From the NCBI RefSeq assembly GCF_009914755.1, contig NC_060932.1: DNA of 64,000 bases. The stretch is one strand, 5' to 3'. This DNA is from the human T2T-CHM13v2.0 reference genome, Homo sapiens. The notes under the pieces are model-generated. The model made no database searches. It saw only the letters and a program-made list of their open reading frames with translations, and was not told the DNA's origin. The translations under genes were made by a program, and so were the position numbers. Shown piece by piece: positions 38,531 to 59,767 of the stretch. The stretch's first letter is position 1. Each line of letters begins with the position of its first letter.

Positions 38531-38662
38531 AAGTAGAAAATATTCCTTTGAGCCTGGGCAATAAAGTGAGACCCCATCTCTACAAAAACATAAAAGTAAG
38601 GCCAGGCACGGTGGCTCATGCCCATAATCCTAGCACTTTGGGAGGCTGAGGTGGGTGGATCA

Positions 38663-39113
<451 letters not shown>

Positions 39114-41546
39114 CTAATATCCCGTCACAGAAGGGAAATGTATTTTTCATTGTTTTTAAAGCTCTTTAGCCTCATTTCTTCAGAGAGGAAAAAACTCTGT
39201 GCAGAGACAATATCTCCCTATGTTGCCCAGGCTGGTCTCGAACTCCTAGGCTCAAGTGATCCTCCGGCCTGAGCCTCCCAAGTAGCCAAGACTACCAGCA
39301 TGTGCCAACACACCCAGCTAATTTTTGTATTTTTTTTGCAGAGATCGGGTTGTGCTGTGTTGCCTAGGCTGGTTTCAAACTCCTGGGCTCAAGAAATTCG
39401 CTCGCCTCAGGCCTCCCAAAGTGCTGAGATTACAGGCATAAGCCACTGTGCCTGGCTTCTGGAACTGATCTTTCAGGCGGCTGAATCCCTAAAAGATTTC
39501 TCTTTACCTCGTTGCAGCCCCAGGACTACTCATGCACAGTATTCCACAAGGTTCATGCTCCATCCAAACAGAAGCCCCCTCAGTGCAAAAACTAAATCAT
39601 GCTATCTTCCCTACATTATTTATGTACTTGCCCAGTTATTACTTATTCACCAACACCGTAACAAAGATAAAGTAGACTTGAAGAATCACGTATCAATCGT
39701 AAATTCATTTTCTTGTGTTTCAGAGCCTTTTGTTGATGACATGCATAAATGTAAATATTTAAAATTGCTAATGAACAGCTATTTATAATGAAACTTCTTT
39801 GAGGGTGAGTCCGGAATGAAATTACATTATCCAAACATAATGAGTCATGACTGTATGTCTCACTACATCCTCACATATGTCATGTCACTCAACCCTAAAA
39901 TCAAACAATGCAGGGTGGATCACAGGGAAGGAAGGCTGTTCTCTAACACATTTCTGCGACCTGATAGCAAACCAAAAAAGACTGTATGGTTTTCTTAGAA
40001 CTCCTCCAAGTCAGAAGCCTGCCTGGTCTGAGGTATCTTCAAGGGACATTTTCACCATCCTATGGAACTGCAAAGCAGCTCCCTGGTCCTTTCTGAACTG
40101 CCTCGTGCTGTCTGAACTGTCCATGACTCTGGGTGAATCAAAGTGAAGATAGGCTCATGGACTATGAGTCACTCTCCCTAAAAGCCCTTCTAAAAGCATA
40201 GGATTAGGACCTCAAACTGGATTAGCACAGCCCCTGAGGGAGCAGAAGAGTTGAGCAATGCAAACTCCACAGTGAGTGCCACTCAGAAGATGAATGAAGG
40301 CCAGTCCCTGCGCCAACACATTGGGTCCCTCCACCTGTTTCCAGGCATCACCTCTTCTCACAAGTGACAGGAGCATCCCTCTAAACTAGAAAGCCTGCAA
40401 TGTACAGCAACTTCAAATCAGAGAAACAAACTTCCTCATGATCTTTTTGCCCCTCTATGAATCTAAATCCATTCAGCACGGTGGCCCATGCTTGTATTCC
40501 TACTGCTTTGAGAGGCCAAGGTGGGAGGATTGCTTGAGGCCAGGAATTCTAGACCAGCCTGGACAACAGAACGAGACCCCATCTCTACAAAAATTTAAAT
40601 TAAAAAGTTAACCAGGTATGGTGGTGCACGTTTGTAGTCCCAGCTACTCGGGAGGCTGAGGTGAAAGGATTGCTTGAGCCCAAGAGCTCAAGGCTACCAC
40701 AAGCCATGATGGCACCACTGCACTCCTGCCTGGGCGATGGAAGAAGACCCTGTCTCTAAAAAAAAAAATGTTTGTTCATTAAAAGAAAATCTGGCCAGGT
40801 GTGGTGGCTCACATCTGTAATTCCAGCACTTTGGGAGGCTGAGGCGGGCGGATCACCTGAGGTCAGGAGTTTGAGACCAGCCTGACCAACATGGAGAAAA
40901 CCCACCTCTACTAAAAATACAAAATTAGCGGGGCGTGGTGGCACTCTCTCTCTCTTTCTTTCTTTCTTGGTGTGATCTTGTCTCACTGCAACTCCGCCTT
41001 GAGAATTCAAGTGATTCTCCTGCCTCAGCTTCCCGAGTAGCTGAGACTACAGGCCCGCACCACCACACCCAGCTAATTTCCATAGTTTTAGTAGAGACAG
41101 GGTTTCACCATGTTGGCCAGGCTGGTCTCGAGCTCCTGACCTCAGGTGATCTGCCCGCTTCAGCCTCCCAAAGTGCTAGGATTACAGCCATGAGCCACCA
41201 CATCTGGCCAAAACCAGCTATTCTATTCTAAAATACAAGCTACTTTAGACACATTCTTAATTGATGCTGTATTAAGTTGAAGAAAGAAGACAGTTTTAGG
41301 ACTTTGCTATGCAGTCTTCAAATTACCCTGCATTTGACTTTGGCCTCTGATTGAAAGCATGAAAGATTTGAGGGATCTACTGAGGAGTTCTAGGAATGAG
41401 ATATACAAGGTCATGAAAAGAGAAGCTGTAAGAGGAGGGAATTCAGGAAAGGCCTACATTAAATGCTTGGGAGGAGAAGACGAAGAAAAGTTACCAGGAG
41501 ACAGTAAGGAAGAATGAGTCACTGAGGTCAGGTCAGGTTGGCTTAC

Positions 41547-41601
41547 CCGGGCAATTCTTCCAGCTGAAAAAATCCATCGCTGGTTATTCCTAAGCTGGCA
41601 C
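41547..41601 (-). CDS. GSR: Glutathione reductase exon 6 (55 nt, GASLGITSDGFFQLEELPG)
   Basis: tag acceptor and gtaag donor; frame continuity. Confidence 0.97.
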
Positions 41602-41990
41602 CTATGTAGAAAAAGGCAACATAGATCACACAAGACTGCTCTTTCTCTTGCAAAGTAATCACAACATTTTATGCCAAAAACCAAACACTTTCACAGCCAA
41701 CATAGTCTCCGTTTTGACAAGTTTTGTTAAAGTCTCTGCTTGGAAAGCTGCCAACCAAATCCTCCCTGAGTTAACATTTTTATTTTCTCTCTAGAAACAG
41801 AAGCCATGATGGCTAAATAACTTTTACATTTCTCTGAAGAATGAAGATCTCAGTGGTCATGAACAGACTCTGTTGGATCTGTTCACCCTCCCACCCCAAG
41901 GGCAGGTAGGAACCCTGGGGCTCAGCTCATTACAGGTGTGAGACACCGTTCCTGCCTGAAAAGACAAATTTCTATGTAGTTCAAAATCTA

Positions 41991-42254
<264 letters not shown>

Positions 42255-42904
42255 CTATATGGTGTACACATTGAATTACAAGAGGTACAACCTATATAGT
42301 GAAATATACATGTAGTGAAAAGGAGATTGAAACCTTTGGATATAGGATAGCAGGTCCTATCTTGCAGGACTTCCAGATGCATTCTTCCAGGTTTGACCTT
42401 CTCCCCAGGTTGCAGTTCCATGTTTCTAACTATCTCGCCACACAATTTTACATTGGCTTCAAACTTAGTCTATTTAGAACTGAACCTTAATTTTATCTTC
42501 CAACCCATATCTCTCTCAAGTTTACCACTTCAGTTACCACCTGCTCCCAATAATGCAGACAAAGCCTTCAGTTGTCAACTGCTGATTCCTTCTCTCTGTA
42601 GCCCCCCTACCCTCATTTCTCATCAGTTATTAAATATATTAGGCCAGGTGCAGTGGCTCACACCTATAATCCCAGCACTTTGGGAGACTAAGACAGGCAG
42701 ATCGCCTGAGGTCAAATGTTCGAGACTAGCCTGGCCAACATGGTGAAACCCCGTCTCTACTAAAAATACAAAAATTAGCTGAGTGTGGTGGCGCATGCCT
42801 GTAATCCCTGCTACTCAGGAGGCTGGGGCAGGAGAATTGCTTGAACACAGGAGGCAGAGGTTGCAGTGAGCCAAGATCCTCCCATTGCACTCCAGCCTGG
42901 GTGA

Positions 42905-43304
<400 letters not shown>

Positions 43305-43493
43305 CTAATCCATGGAAAATTCAAAAGATGTATAAACTATGTTCACCATCCACAAAGTCCTTATAATCTAGCTGGGAAAAAAGAAAGATATCGCTTGAGC
43401 CATCTCCCATCTAAACGTCCTGGTCAAGGCCTTAGTGAGCTGTGATCACACCACTGCACTCCAGCCTGGACAACAGAGCAAGACCCTGTCTCA

Positions 43494-43824
<331 letters not shown>

Positions 43825-44192
43825 TTATGACCATCTCTGAGATTCCTTACAGCTTTAATCTTCTATAAGTCTCTACTTAAAAGAGAAAAATATGCATATA
43901 AAAGCTCACTTAGCTACTCAAGCTACATCCTTACAAGATTTCTCTCTCTTGAACAAAACAATAAATTATCACGTGTCTTGTAAATAACAACCCGTCTGAC
44001 AAACTGAGGCTGGAAACAATGTATGCTAAGCTAAGAAGGAAAGAATGAGGCTTTCATTGATTTCTCTCCCTCTGTTACCTGCAATATGTCTGAGCCTGGG
44101 GCCAAATGAAATCTCTTGGCTGGGCACGGTGGCCTGCAATCCCAGCACTTTGGGAGGCCAAGGTGGGTGGATCACCTGAGGTCAAGAGTTCA

Positions 44193-44387
<195 letters not shown>

Positions 44388-44549
44388 CTACCACTAAGCC
44401 AACTGGAGTTAGGTTCTGCAGAGACCTTCTCCCATGGCCTGGCTCCAAAGAGAGAACTGGTTTAGGCAGATCCCCTGGCATGGCTTTTCAGGTTGAAAGC
44501 AACAGTAAACTCCTGACTGCTGTTAATGAGTACCTGTTGTATGACTCAC

Positions 44550-44697
44550 CGGGGATCTGGCTCTCATGAGGGGTGGAGGGCATACCACCTGTGGCGATCA
44601 GGATGTGTGGGGCGGTGTACTTTTTCCCACTGACCTCTATTGTGGGCTTGGGATCACTCGTGAAGGCTGCATGGCCACGGATGATTTCTATATGGGA
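44550..44697 (-). CDS. GSR: Glutathione reductase exon 5 (148 nt, [12 protein letters not shown]...[19 protein letters not shown])
   Basis: tag acceptor and gtgagt donor; ATG motif of the FAD domain of pyridine nucleotide-disulfide oxidoreductases. Confidence 0.97.
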
Positions 44698-45025
44698 CTA
44701 AAGAAGGAACCATGACATTAGCCTGTTCTTAGAATAAAAACAAAGACACCTACTGCAACTTATCAGAACTTTCATTTCTCTACTGAACATTTTGATTCTT
44801 GGTTTGCTGATGCCAACACAATTCTCTGTTTTTCAAGTTTCTGTAGAACTTCTAACTGGCAACCTATACTTAGGAAAGGGGTTGCCATTAGTTGCCGGAA
44901 GTATACAGTAAGATGAAATAGGCTGGGCACAGGTGGCTTACACCTGTAATCCTAGCACTTTGGGAGGCAGAGGTGGGTGGATAGCTTGAGCTCAGGAGTT
45001 CGAGACCAGCCTGGGAAACATGTCA

Positions 45026-45460
<435 letters not shown>

Positions 45461-46628
45461 TTATGTGCAATGTAATCACATTACAGAATGGTGTGTCTGG
45501 CCTGGGCATGGTGGCTCACATCTGTAATTCCAGCACTTTGGAAGGCCGAGGCAGGCAGATCACCTGAGGTCGGGAGTTCGAGACCAGCCTGACCAACATG
45601 GAGAAACCCCATCTCTACTAAAAATATAAAAATTAGCCAGAAGTGGTGGCGGGCACCTGTAATCCCAGCTGCTCAGGAGGCTGAGGCACGAGAATTCCTT
45701 GAACCTGGGAGGCAGAGGTTGCAGTGAGCCGAGATTACGCCACTGCACTCCATCCTGGGCGACAGAGACAAGACCCTCTCTCAAAAAGACTGGTGTGTCT
45801 GGAGGAGAGGCAGAAGGCTAAGAAAGACAACAGGATAATGGTGAAATGAACAGAGGCAAGAGCAAGAGAGGAATACTCTGGCCAAGGGAGGGAAACGCAA
45901 TGCTTGTGCTTTCGTAAAATGGGAAGAATACCACAAAAGTACATGACACTGAAGTTCTACGCTGGAGACGGTGAGAACTCAGACTCTTACTTTTGGATTT
46001 GCTCTTACTGGAATCCTCTGTACCCAGGCCTTCACTTAGGGGCTGCTGGCACGCTTTCGCTAGCCATGATACATGCAGGGGCATGCAAATGTGGTCAACT
46101 TACAAGAATAATGGAACCATGTAAGCATGATTACAAAGTGGAATGCTTTAACATATTGGAACGTGCTTGATTCTGAATTGAGTTATCTTCTTCTTTCCCT
46201 GCACCCTCCAGGCCTGTTCCTGCAGGTGCCAGGCTTAATCAAGCTGAATCAAGGTCAAAGACAAAATCCACAGGCCTCCAGAACACCATTCCCTCAGGTC
46301 TTAATGACTTCATCTGCAATGCTAGACAAAAAGGAGTATGGCTCGCGTGGCGATAGGACAGACACTAGTTCAGAGGAGGAAGCAGTGAGATTTTTACTTT
46401 CAGTTTCCAGGATATTAGATAGAAAGTTTCCTTTGCAATATAGAATTTCTGGGTCAACTATAGGTAATTCCTTCCCCATAAGATCACCATAAGCTATAGT
46501 ACACACCAAGATTTCTAAGTATTACAAAATGCTGGTTCCTGAATAATTTTCCTACCTCTTTTGCAAAAGTATTTCAGTCAGCTCCATTAAAAAAAAAAAA
46601 GGCCAGATGCAGTGGTTTATGCCTATAA

Positions 46629-46925
<297 letters not shown>

Positions 46926-47470
46926 TAGCCAGGATGGTCTCAATCTCCTGACCTCATGATCCACTCGCTTCGGCCTCCCAAAGTACTGGGATTACAGGTG
47001 TGAGCCACCGCGCCCGGCCTCTACAAACGTTTTTTAAAAGTAGTAGGGTGTGGTGGGACAGTGCTTATAGCCCAAGCTACTCAGGGGGCTGAGGTGGGAG
47101 GATTGCTTGAGCCTGGGAGGTTAAGGCTGCAGTGAGCTGTGATCACGACAGTGCCCTCCAGTCTGCTCAAGAGAGTGAGATCCTGACTTCAAAAAAATAA
47201 AAAATAAAAATAAAAAACTTGGTGTGTTTTAGTACTGCCAGTGTTACTCTATACTCAGCCTTAAAATCTCCTGTGCTTAAGGACTGCAGGCCTTTAAATA
47301 TTTTTCCCCCTGGATTGAGGATTAAGGTTGGAAAATTCACCCTCCAAAAAATAAACCCAATGAATAAGAATATAAAACTGTATACAGTTAGCTATGTATG
47401 AAGTAACTCGTCCTAAAAATTGGTTTATAAATATGCTGCTACTGAGATCACAGTGGCCTAATTATCATCA

Positions 47471-47668
<198 letters not shown>

Positions 47669-47743
47669 CTAAGAGGGCCAGGAGTGGTTGTTCACCCCTG
47701 TAATCCCAGCACTTTGGGAGGCTGAGGCAGGCAGATCACTTCA

Positions 47744-48004
<261 letters not shown>

Positions 48005-49529
48005 TTAGAAACAGCAAAGTGAGACCACAAAGACAAATGAAGGGTGGCGGGAAGATATTGTCAAGGAAAAGGAGAGTTAAGTGATGCACAGGTTGTCAAT
48101 GTCACCTACATGGTCCTGGTGGGAAAGGTGTGACATCCCAGCACTATGGGGGAAAAGCATCAGGATAGTGAAGGATGACATACAGTTGCTGGAGGCAAAC
48201 ACACCTCTGCCCAGTTTTCTTGATCAGATGTCATTCATAAAAACAACCTTCTGAATCCTAATTTGGTCTCTTAAGGAGGTCTTACTCTAGGCAAATAAAC
48301 AATGGTAGGTTTGGCCAGGTGCGGTAGCTCACGCCTATAATCTCAGCACTTTGGGAGGCCGAGGTGGGCAAATCACTTGAGGTCAGGAGTTCGAGACCCC
48401 TGGCCAACATGGTGAAATCCCGTTTCTAGTAAAAATACAAAAATTACCCAGGCGTGGTGGTGCACACCTCTAATCCCAGCTGCTTGGGAGGCTGAGGCAG
48501 GAGAATTGCTTGAACCTGGCGGGAGGCAGAGGTTGCACTGAGCTGAGATTGTGCATTCCAGCCTGGGTGAATAGAGAAACTCTGTCTCAAAAAACAAACA
48601 AACACACAATGGCAGGTTTTCAGCTAGATAGCACTCCTCATTTTAATTAATAAACTGGTATACTGGTGCACAAAGTCTCTCGTATGTGACTTCTGAATCT
48701 AATTGCCAGGCCAGACCTACTCAAGGTGCAGCCATTAGGTGAGGCCTGGTCTGCCAGCTCTGGCACATGCCACCCTCTCTCTGCAGAAGAGACTGGCCAT
48801 CTAGGTCAGAGGCTTCTGCTCTGACAGGTCAATTTCAATAATAGAAAAAGTAAGAGGCCAGGCACAGTGGCTCATCTCTATAATCCCAACACTTTGGGAG
48901 GCTAAGGCAGGAGTTTAAAGACCAGCCTAGGCAACACAGTGAGAAATCTCTACAAAATATTTTAAAAATTAGCCAGGTGTGGTGGTGCATGCCTACAGTC
49001 CTAGTTACTAAGGAGACTGAGGTGGGAGGACTGCTTGAGCCCAGGACTTGGAGGCTACAGTGAGCTATCATTGCACCACCGTACTCCAGCCTGGCGACAG
49101 ATAGAGACCTGGTCGTTAAAAATAAAATAGGGCCGGGCGCAGTGGCTCATGCCTGTAATCTCAGCACTTTGAGAGGACAAGGTGGGCAGATCACCTGAGG
49201 TCAGGAGTTCGAGACCAGCCTGGCCAACATGGTGAAACCCTGTTTCTACTAAAAAAATACAAAAATTCGATGGGTGTGGTGGCACACGCCTGTAGTCCCA
49301 GCTACTCAGGAGGCTGAGGCAGGAGAATTGCTTGAACTCAGGAGGCGGAGGTTGCAGTGAGCCGAGATTGCGCCCCTGCACTCCAGCCTGGGCGACAGAG
49401 CGAGACCCTGTCTCCAAAAAAATAATAATAAAAATAAATAAATAAATAGGGCTACAGTCTGGCAAGACTTAGCTGAGTACTCAAGAAGGGAACAGCTCTT
49501 TCTCAAAGTTAAAAACCCAGCATACACAC

Positions 49530-49599
49530 CTTGGTGAGATTGTTTTGATAGATGGCATTCAGGCGGCTCACATAGGCATCCCGCTTTTCCTTAATAACA
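49530..49599 (-). CDS. GSR: Glutathione reductase exon 4 (70 nt, [23 protein letters not shown])
   Basis: cag acceptor and gtgtgt donor; phase continuous with exons 3 and 5. Confidence 0.97.
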
Positions 49600-49969
49600 C
49601 TGCAATGAAACCCAAGTCAGTATTCAGAAACAGGATCTTCCCCTTCTAGTTAGTAACTAAGGCATCTGTCCCTGAACACCCCGAGCAGAGAATCACTGAC
49701 TGTCAACAGCAACCGCAGTGAGTGAATGTCTCCGAAGACAGTCATCCCTTCCCTGTGTCATTCTGCTGCCCCATGTGTTAAAAGCCTCTGTGCCACTCAG
49801 TGGAGAACACACTCAGTTGGCATCGTCTTTCTGCGCAGAAGACAAGGAGAAATGTTTTGGCAAAGTGCCTAGAACATGATGTGCATAGGACGTGGTGGGC
49901 ACTTAATAAACACTTGCTAAATAAATAAATTTGCTAAATTTCTTCAAAACTGTTAATGGCTTCAAAGGA

Positions 49970-51180
<1,211 letters not shown>

Positions 51181-51271
51181 TCCTCCTCCATCCCTAAAAA
51201 AGTTTATGGCTCAGTTATAAAAGAAAAATATCTACACTTGGAAACTGAACCCTCTGAGTGTTGACACTTAC

Positions 51272-51360
51272 CGCCAATTGAATTTACCCTCACAACTTGG
51301 AAAGCCATAATCAGCATGATCATGCATGAATTCAGAGTGGACAGCTGTGTTCCACATTAC
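51272..51360 (-). CDS. GSR: Glutathione reductase exon 3 (89 nt, [30 protein letters not shown])
   Basis: cag acceptor and gtaag donor; translation matches recalled human GSR. Confidence 0.97.
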
Positions 51361-51554
51361 CTGTAAAAAAAAAAAAAAAAAAGGATCCAAAACAGCAGTA
51401 AATCAGTCCTGAGGGAAAAAAGGAATCATGAATGAATGGTAACTAGGTAACAGCAGATAAAAATACTGCCCTTTAAATTAAAAACAAACCTAGCTGGGCA
51501 CGGCAGCTCACGTCTGTAATCCCAGCACTTTGGGAGCCCGAGGCAGGTGGATCA

Positions 51555-51767
<213 letters not shown>

Positions 51768-51864
51768 TCAAAAGATAAAATAATAATAATAATAATAAAT
51801 AAAATCTACTATACCTTGCTAACTTAAAACATTTTTTTTTAAAGAGATAAGGGGAAAGCTATTA

Positions 51865-52170
<306 letters not shown>

Positions 52171-52933
52171 TCAAAAAAAAAAAAAAAAAAAAAAAAAAAG
52201 AAAAGAAAAAAAAGAAAAAAATATATATAAATGAACATACATAAATGTCTACCGCATGTGATCAGAAGGAATAAGTAAATATGAGACTAAAACATTACAA
52301 AATCAGTTTACTGTGCAGTATTAGCCCAGTGGTATATTTAAAAAAAAATAAACTTGTACCAATCAACACGAAATTTACCACCATAACTGGTTTAAACTAC
52401 ATAAAACCACCTTATAATTAATTTATATAATTCATACAGTCATAATTGCATGGCTCCAAGTAGAACAGATTACAAAAAGTATGACTAATAGGAAAGGAAA
52501 TAGTTGAGGGAAAATGTCCCAGAGAAGAAAAGTCTTCCTAAGACAGAAAGAAAAACACCTTACCTATACCAGGGAAAAGACTTCAAAAAGACTTTTTGGA
52601 ATTAAACTCAGGTATGCATCACTGATGAGATTAGGAGATTTGCTTATATAATACCAAAAAGATGACAAGTTAAAATGGAATGTCATTAATAAAGGTGGTA
52701 AGCTTGAGATTACAACATATGTTGAAAGTACATTCAAATGAGTGGTAAAATTCTTTGCAAGTATAAGCAAGAGGCAGCTTTACAAATAAGAGCTGCTGTT
52801 TTTTCCTCTTTGTCAAGGGTAAAAAAAATGAATTCATTCAATGTGACCTGCACCACAGATATTAACAACGAAAAAATCACTAATGTGATACAGAAAATCC
52901 ATGAACCCACAGAACTTGAGAAGATTCCATTCA

Positions 52934-53119
<186 letters not shown>

Positions 53120-53144
53120 CTACTAAAAATACAAAAATCAGTCA

Positions 53145-53285
<141 letters not shown>

Positions 53286-53515
53286 TCAAAAAAACAATAA
53301 TAATAAAAATAAAAAGTAATTAAAAATAAATAAAAAAATTTAAAAAACACAAATCAAACAAAAACAATCCTATTGCTTAAGCTACTTTTAGTAGGGTCTA
53401 GGGGTTTTTTTTGCAGAAAGAATTTTAACTGATCTATTTGGAAACATTCTGATTTTGATTATGATTTACCAAATAGAAAAAGGATTGTAAAGGGAAAGAG
53501 AAATAAAAATTCTAC

Positions 53516-53542
53516 CTTTTTGGGTACACATCCAACATTCAC
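53516..53542 (-). CDS. GSR: Glutathione reductase exon 2 (27-nt microexon, VNVGCVPKK)
   Basis: Reverse complement is cag|GTGAATGTTGGATGTGTACCCAAAAAG|gtaga; encodes the second half of the CVNVGC redox-active motif. Confidence 0.97.
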
Positions 53543-53872
53543 CTGGAAAAAAAAAAAAGAGACACACTTTAAGAATATTGAATTCAAACCATCAAACGAA
53601 ATCTGCAAGAAATGCACGCTAAGCATCAAGCGAGGAGTCTTCCTTGGGTTCTAAGTCACAGTGTACTAAATTCTAGTTACTTTCTTTGTTACAAAAAGAT
53701 AAGAACATTATTTTCCTTCTGTAATGAGGGAGAGAAGTTCATTCATCAGCATTTTTCTTGGACAGAGAAAGAACAATCAGCCCATTTGAGCTGCTGTCTA
53801 AGAGGACTTCTCGGGAAAGTACTGCAGAATACATGGATAAACACCCAAGATGGGCCAGGGCTTGGTAGTTCA

Positions 53873-54187
<315 letters not shown>

Positions 54188-54445
54188 TCACCAAAAGCAC
54201 AAAAATTTAAAGTACATGGCATGGAACTTAGGATATTGATTAACCATTAGTACAGAAACTTGAGAAAACCTAAATAAATATTAGAGCTCATAAAATGACT
54301 TTGATTTATAACTACTAGGCATTTGGCCTAAAGAAGTAACCAAAGATGTAGAAAAGCGAAATGCACAAATGCACAGATTATCATGTTATGTACAAATACA
54401 TATTTGGTTACAATCATTTCCATTTCACTCTTAGTTAATATATAG

Positions 54446-54727
<282 letters not shown>

Positions 54728-54774
54728 TGATCCACCTGCCTCAGCCTCCCAAAGTGCTGGGATTACAGTCATGA

Positions 54775-55146
<372 letters not shown>

Positions 55147-55149
55147 TAA

Positions 55150-55640
55150 TTTAAATAATGAAATATTTTTCATCTGTCAGATTGGCAAAAATTTTAAAGG
55201 TTGACTATAACTAGTGTTAGCAAACATATCCTGATTGGCCCAGCAATTCTACTTTTACAGTAACCTAGAAAAGTAGTCACATATTATGCTCCCGTGTCCA
55301 AAGATGCATTTATGGGGCTATTCCTTGAAGCTTGGTGATAACGGGTAACTACAGACAGGTTAAATATCCATCGGCAGGGAAGTAGTAAATAGTTATACAT
55401 TGAGTCTGTGGAATATTCTGCAGCCATTTAAAAGGGCAAGGTAGATTTCTATGCACTATATGGAAAGAGTTCTAACATACACTGTTATGCATCAAAAAGA
55501 AAGTTGCAGAATAGTAGTTATGCCACAACCCAATTCGTATTCATATGCAGTATGTGTGTATGTATATATGGGTGTAAACACAGTTTGGCTATACTCCAAG
55601 CAGTCAACAGTGTTTCTCTGGAGAGGGAGAAAACTTTCAC
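55150..55640 (+). mobile_element. Old L1 (L1ME-like) fragment
   Basis: ttttcatctgtcagattggcaaaaatttta...cccagcaattctactt...tggaatattctgcagccatt. Confidence 0.6.
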
Positions 55641-55683
55641 ATTTTGTTCTATATGCTTTTTTTTTTTTTTTTTTTTTTTTTGA

Positions 55684-56136
<453 letters not shown>

Positions 56137-57670
56137 TAAATAAAAATTAAAAATACTTTATAAAAATAGAGACAAGGTCTCAGTATATTGCCCAGGCTGG
56201 TCTTGAACTCCTGAGATCAAGTGATTCTCCTGCCTCAGCCTCCCAAAGTGCTGAGATTATAGGCATGAGCCACCACGCTTGGCCTGTATATGCTTTTGGA
56301 AAACAGTTTAATGATCACTCACCAAAATCCACAGGAGAATCTTAAATGTTTACAAGCAGCAATTATTCCACTATTCCTGCCAGCACTGCATCCTTCATGG
56401 CAGAGTATCACAAGTACTTCATACTAAAAATTAGAATAATTTATGGGCTGGGTGTGGTGGCTCACGCCTGTAATCCCCACGCTTTGGGAGGCCGAAAAGA
56501 AAGATGATTGCTCGAGCCCAGGAGTTAGGGACCAGCCTGGGCAACACAGTGAGACCCTGAGACCCCATCTCTGTAAAAAAATAAAAAATAAAAAATTAGT
56601 TGGGTTTGGTGGTGCATGCCCGTAGTTCCAGCTATTCAGGAGGCTGAGGCGGAAGGATCTCTTGAGCCCAGGAGTTGAAGGCTACAATAAGCTCTGATCA
56701 TACCACTGCACTCCAGCCTAGGTAACAGAGCCAGACCCTACCTCTAAAAATAAATAATAATAATAAACGTATGGCTTTCTATCTAGAGTGCCCTTTCATC
56801 TGGCCAAGCTGAGGATATGCTACTTCTCAACCCCCAAGTACCTGACAACATTACTGGGATAAATAGAATAAGCCATTTCTAAGAAAGGAGGACGCACAGC
56901 AGGGGTTTCCTAATGGTAAGAGCAGAGAAAGGAGGTCGAAACTCTGTGGGAAGAACAATGCTAGCCCCATAATGGGAATGATTTTCTCATCCAACCTGCC
57001 TTTTCCAGTTATTTGGCAGGCAACGTGCTTCCCCGTGCCTTCCACCCACACCTTTATACCCTGCAGTTCACCATTTAAGTTCACTAAGTGGCTTCAACTA
57101 GGACAGACTCCAAAAGCAATTTTCCCAAAGGTAGAGATGATTTGTCTGCTACATAAATACTGCTGGTCTTCCAGTCACCATTTCTGGCTTCCCAAGAATC
57201 ATCAAAAGCAATCCAAGGGTGTCATAAAGCACTCAATGTTCTAAACTACTCTCACATACCATCAGTTTGTTCCTCATGTATATTTGAAGCTACTTTAAAG
57301 TTATTTAAGGCTTCTTTTTCTAATTTTAAAAATATGTTTTTAAAAAAAGTTTTTAAAAAATATGTTTAATTTTAAAACATATTCTTTTTTTGGAATATGT
57401 TTCTTCTAAGCGCCAAGGTGGGCTTTCACTGGTGCCTGGTGTCTATAACTCTGGTTTGTTTTTTTAGAAGTTTCTGCCTTTTTTGCTTCTACGTCGTCTT
57501 AGCTTGCAGGCATTCATTCAGAGGTACTGAGTAAGCACTCACTTGTGCCAGGCATTATGCAAGGTAAGGCACTAAACAGATACAGTCCCTGCTCTTGGGG
57601 ACTGTATCAGTATCTTGGCCTACAGTGCCAGCCAGAGAGAGGCTCTGAGCCTGTCCAAGATACTGACTCA

Positions 57671-58251
<581 letters not shown>

Positions 58252-58259
58252 CTATCTCA

Positions 58260-58742
<483 letters not shown>

Positions 58743-58867
58743 TTACTATGTTGCGCAGGCTGGTCTCAAAATGCTGGGCTGAAGCAGTCCTCTCACGTTA
58801 GCCTCCCAAAAGTTGGAATTACAAGCATGAGCCACCGCACTCAGCCTTCTTTCCCCTTTCTCTAGCT

Positions 58868-59767
<900 letters not shown>

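Noticed and set aside
39300-40200. ORF 39300..39788 and several TGAGTCA (AP-1) motifs near 39841 and 40165 as NRF2 AREs
   Set aside because: The ORF starts inside an Alu; the motifs lack the GC required for an ARE, and 7-mers occur by chance in 64 kb
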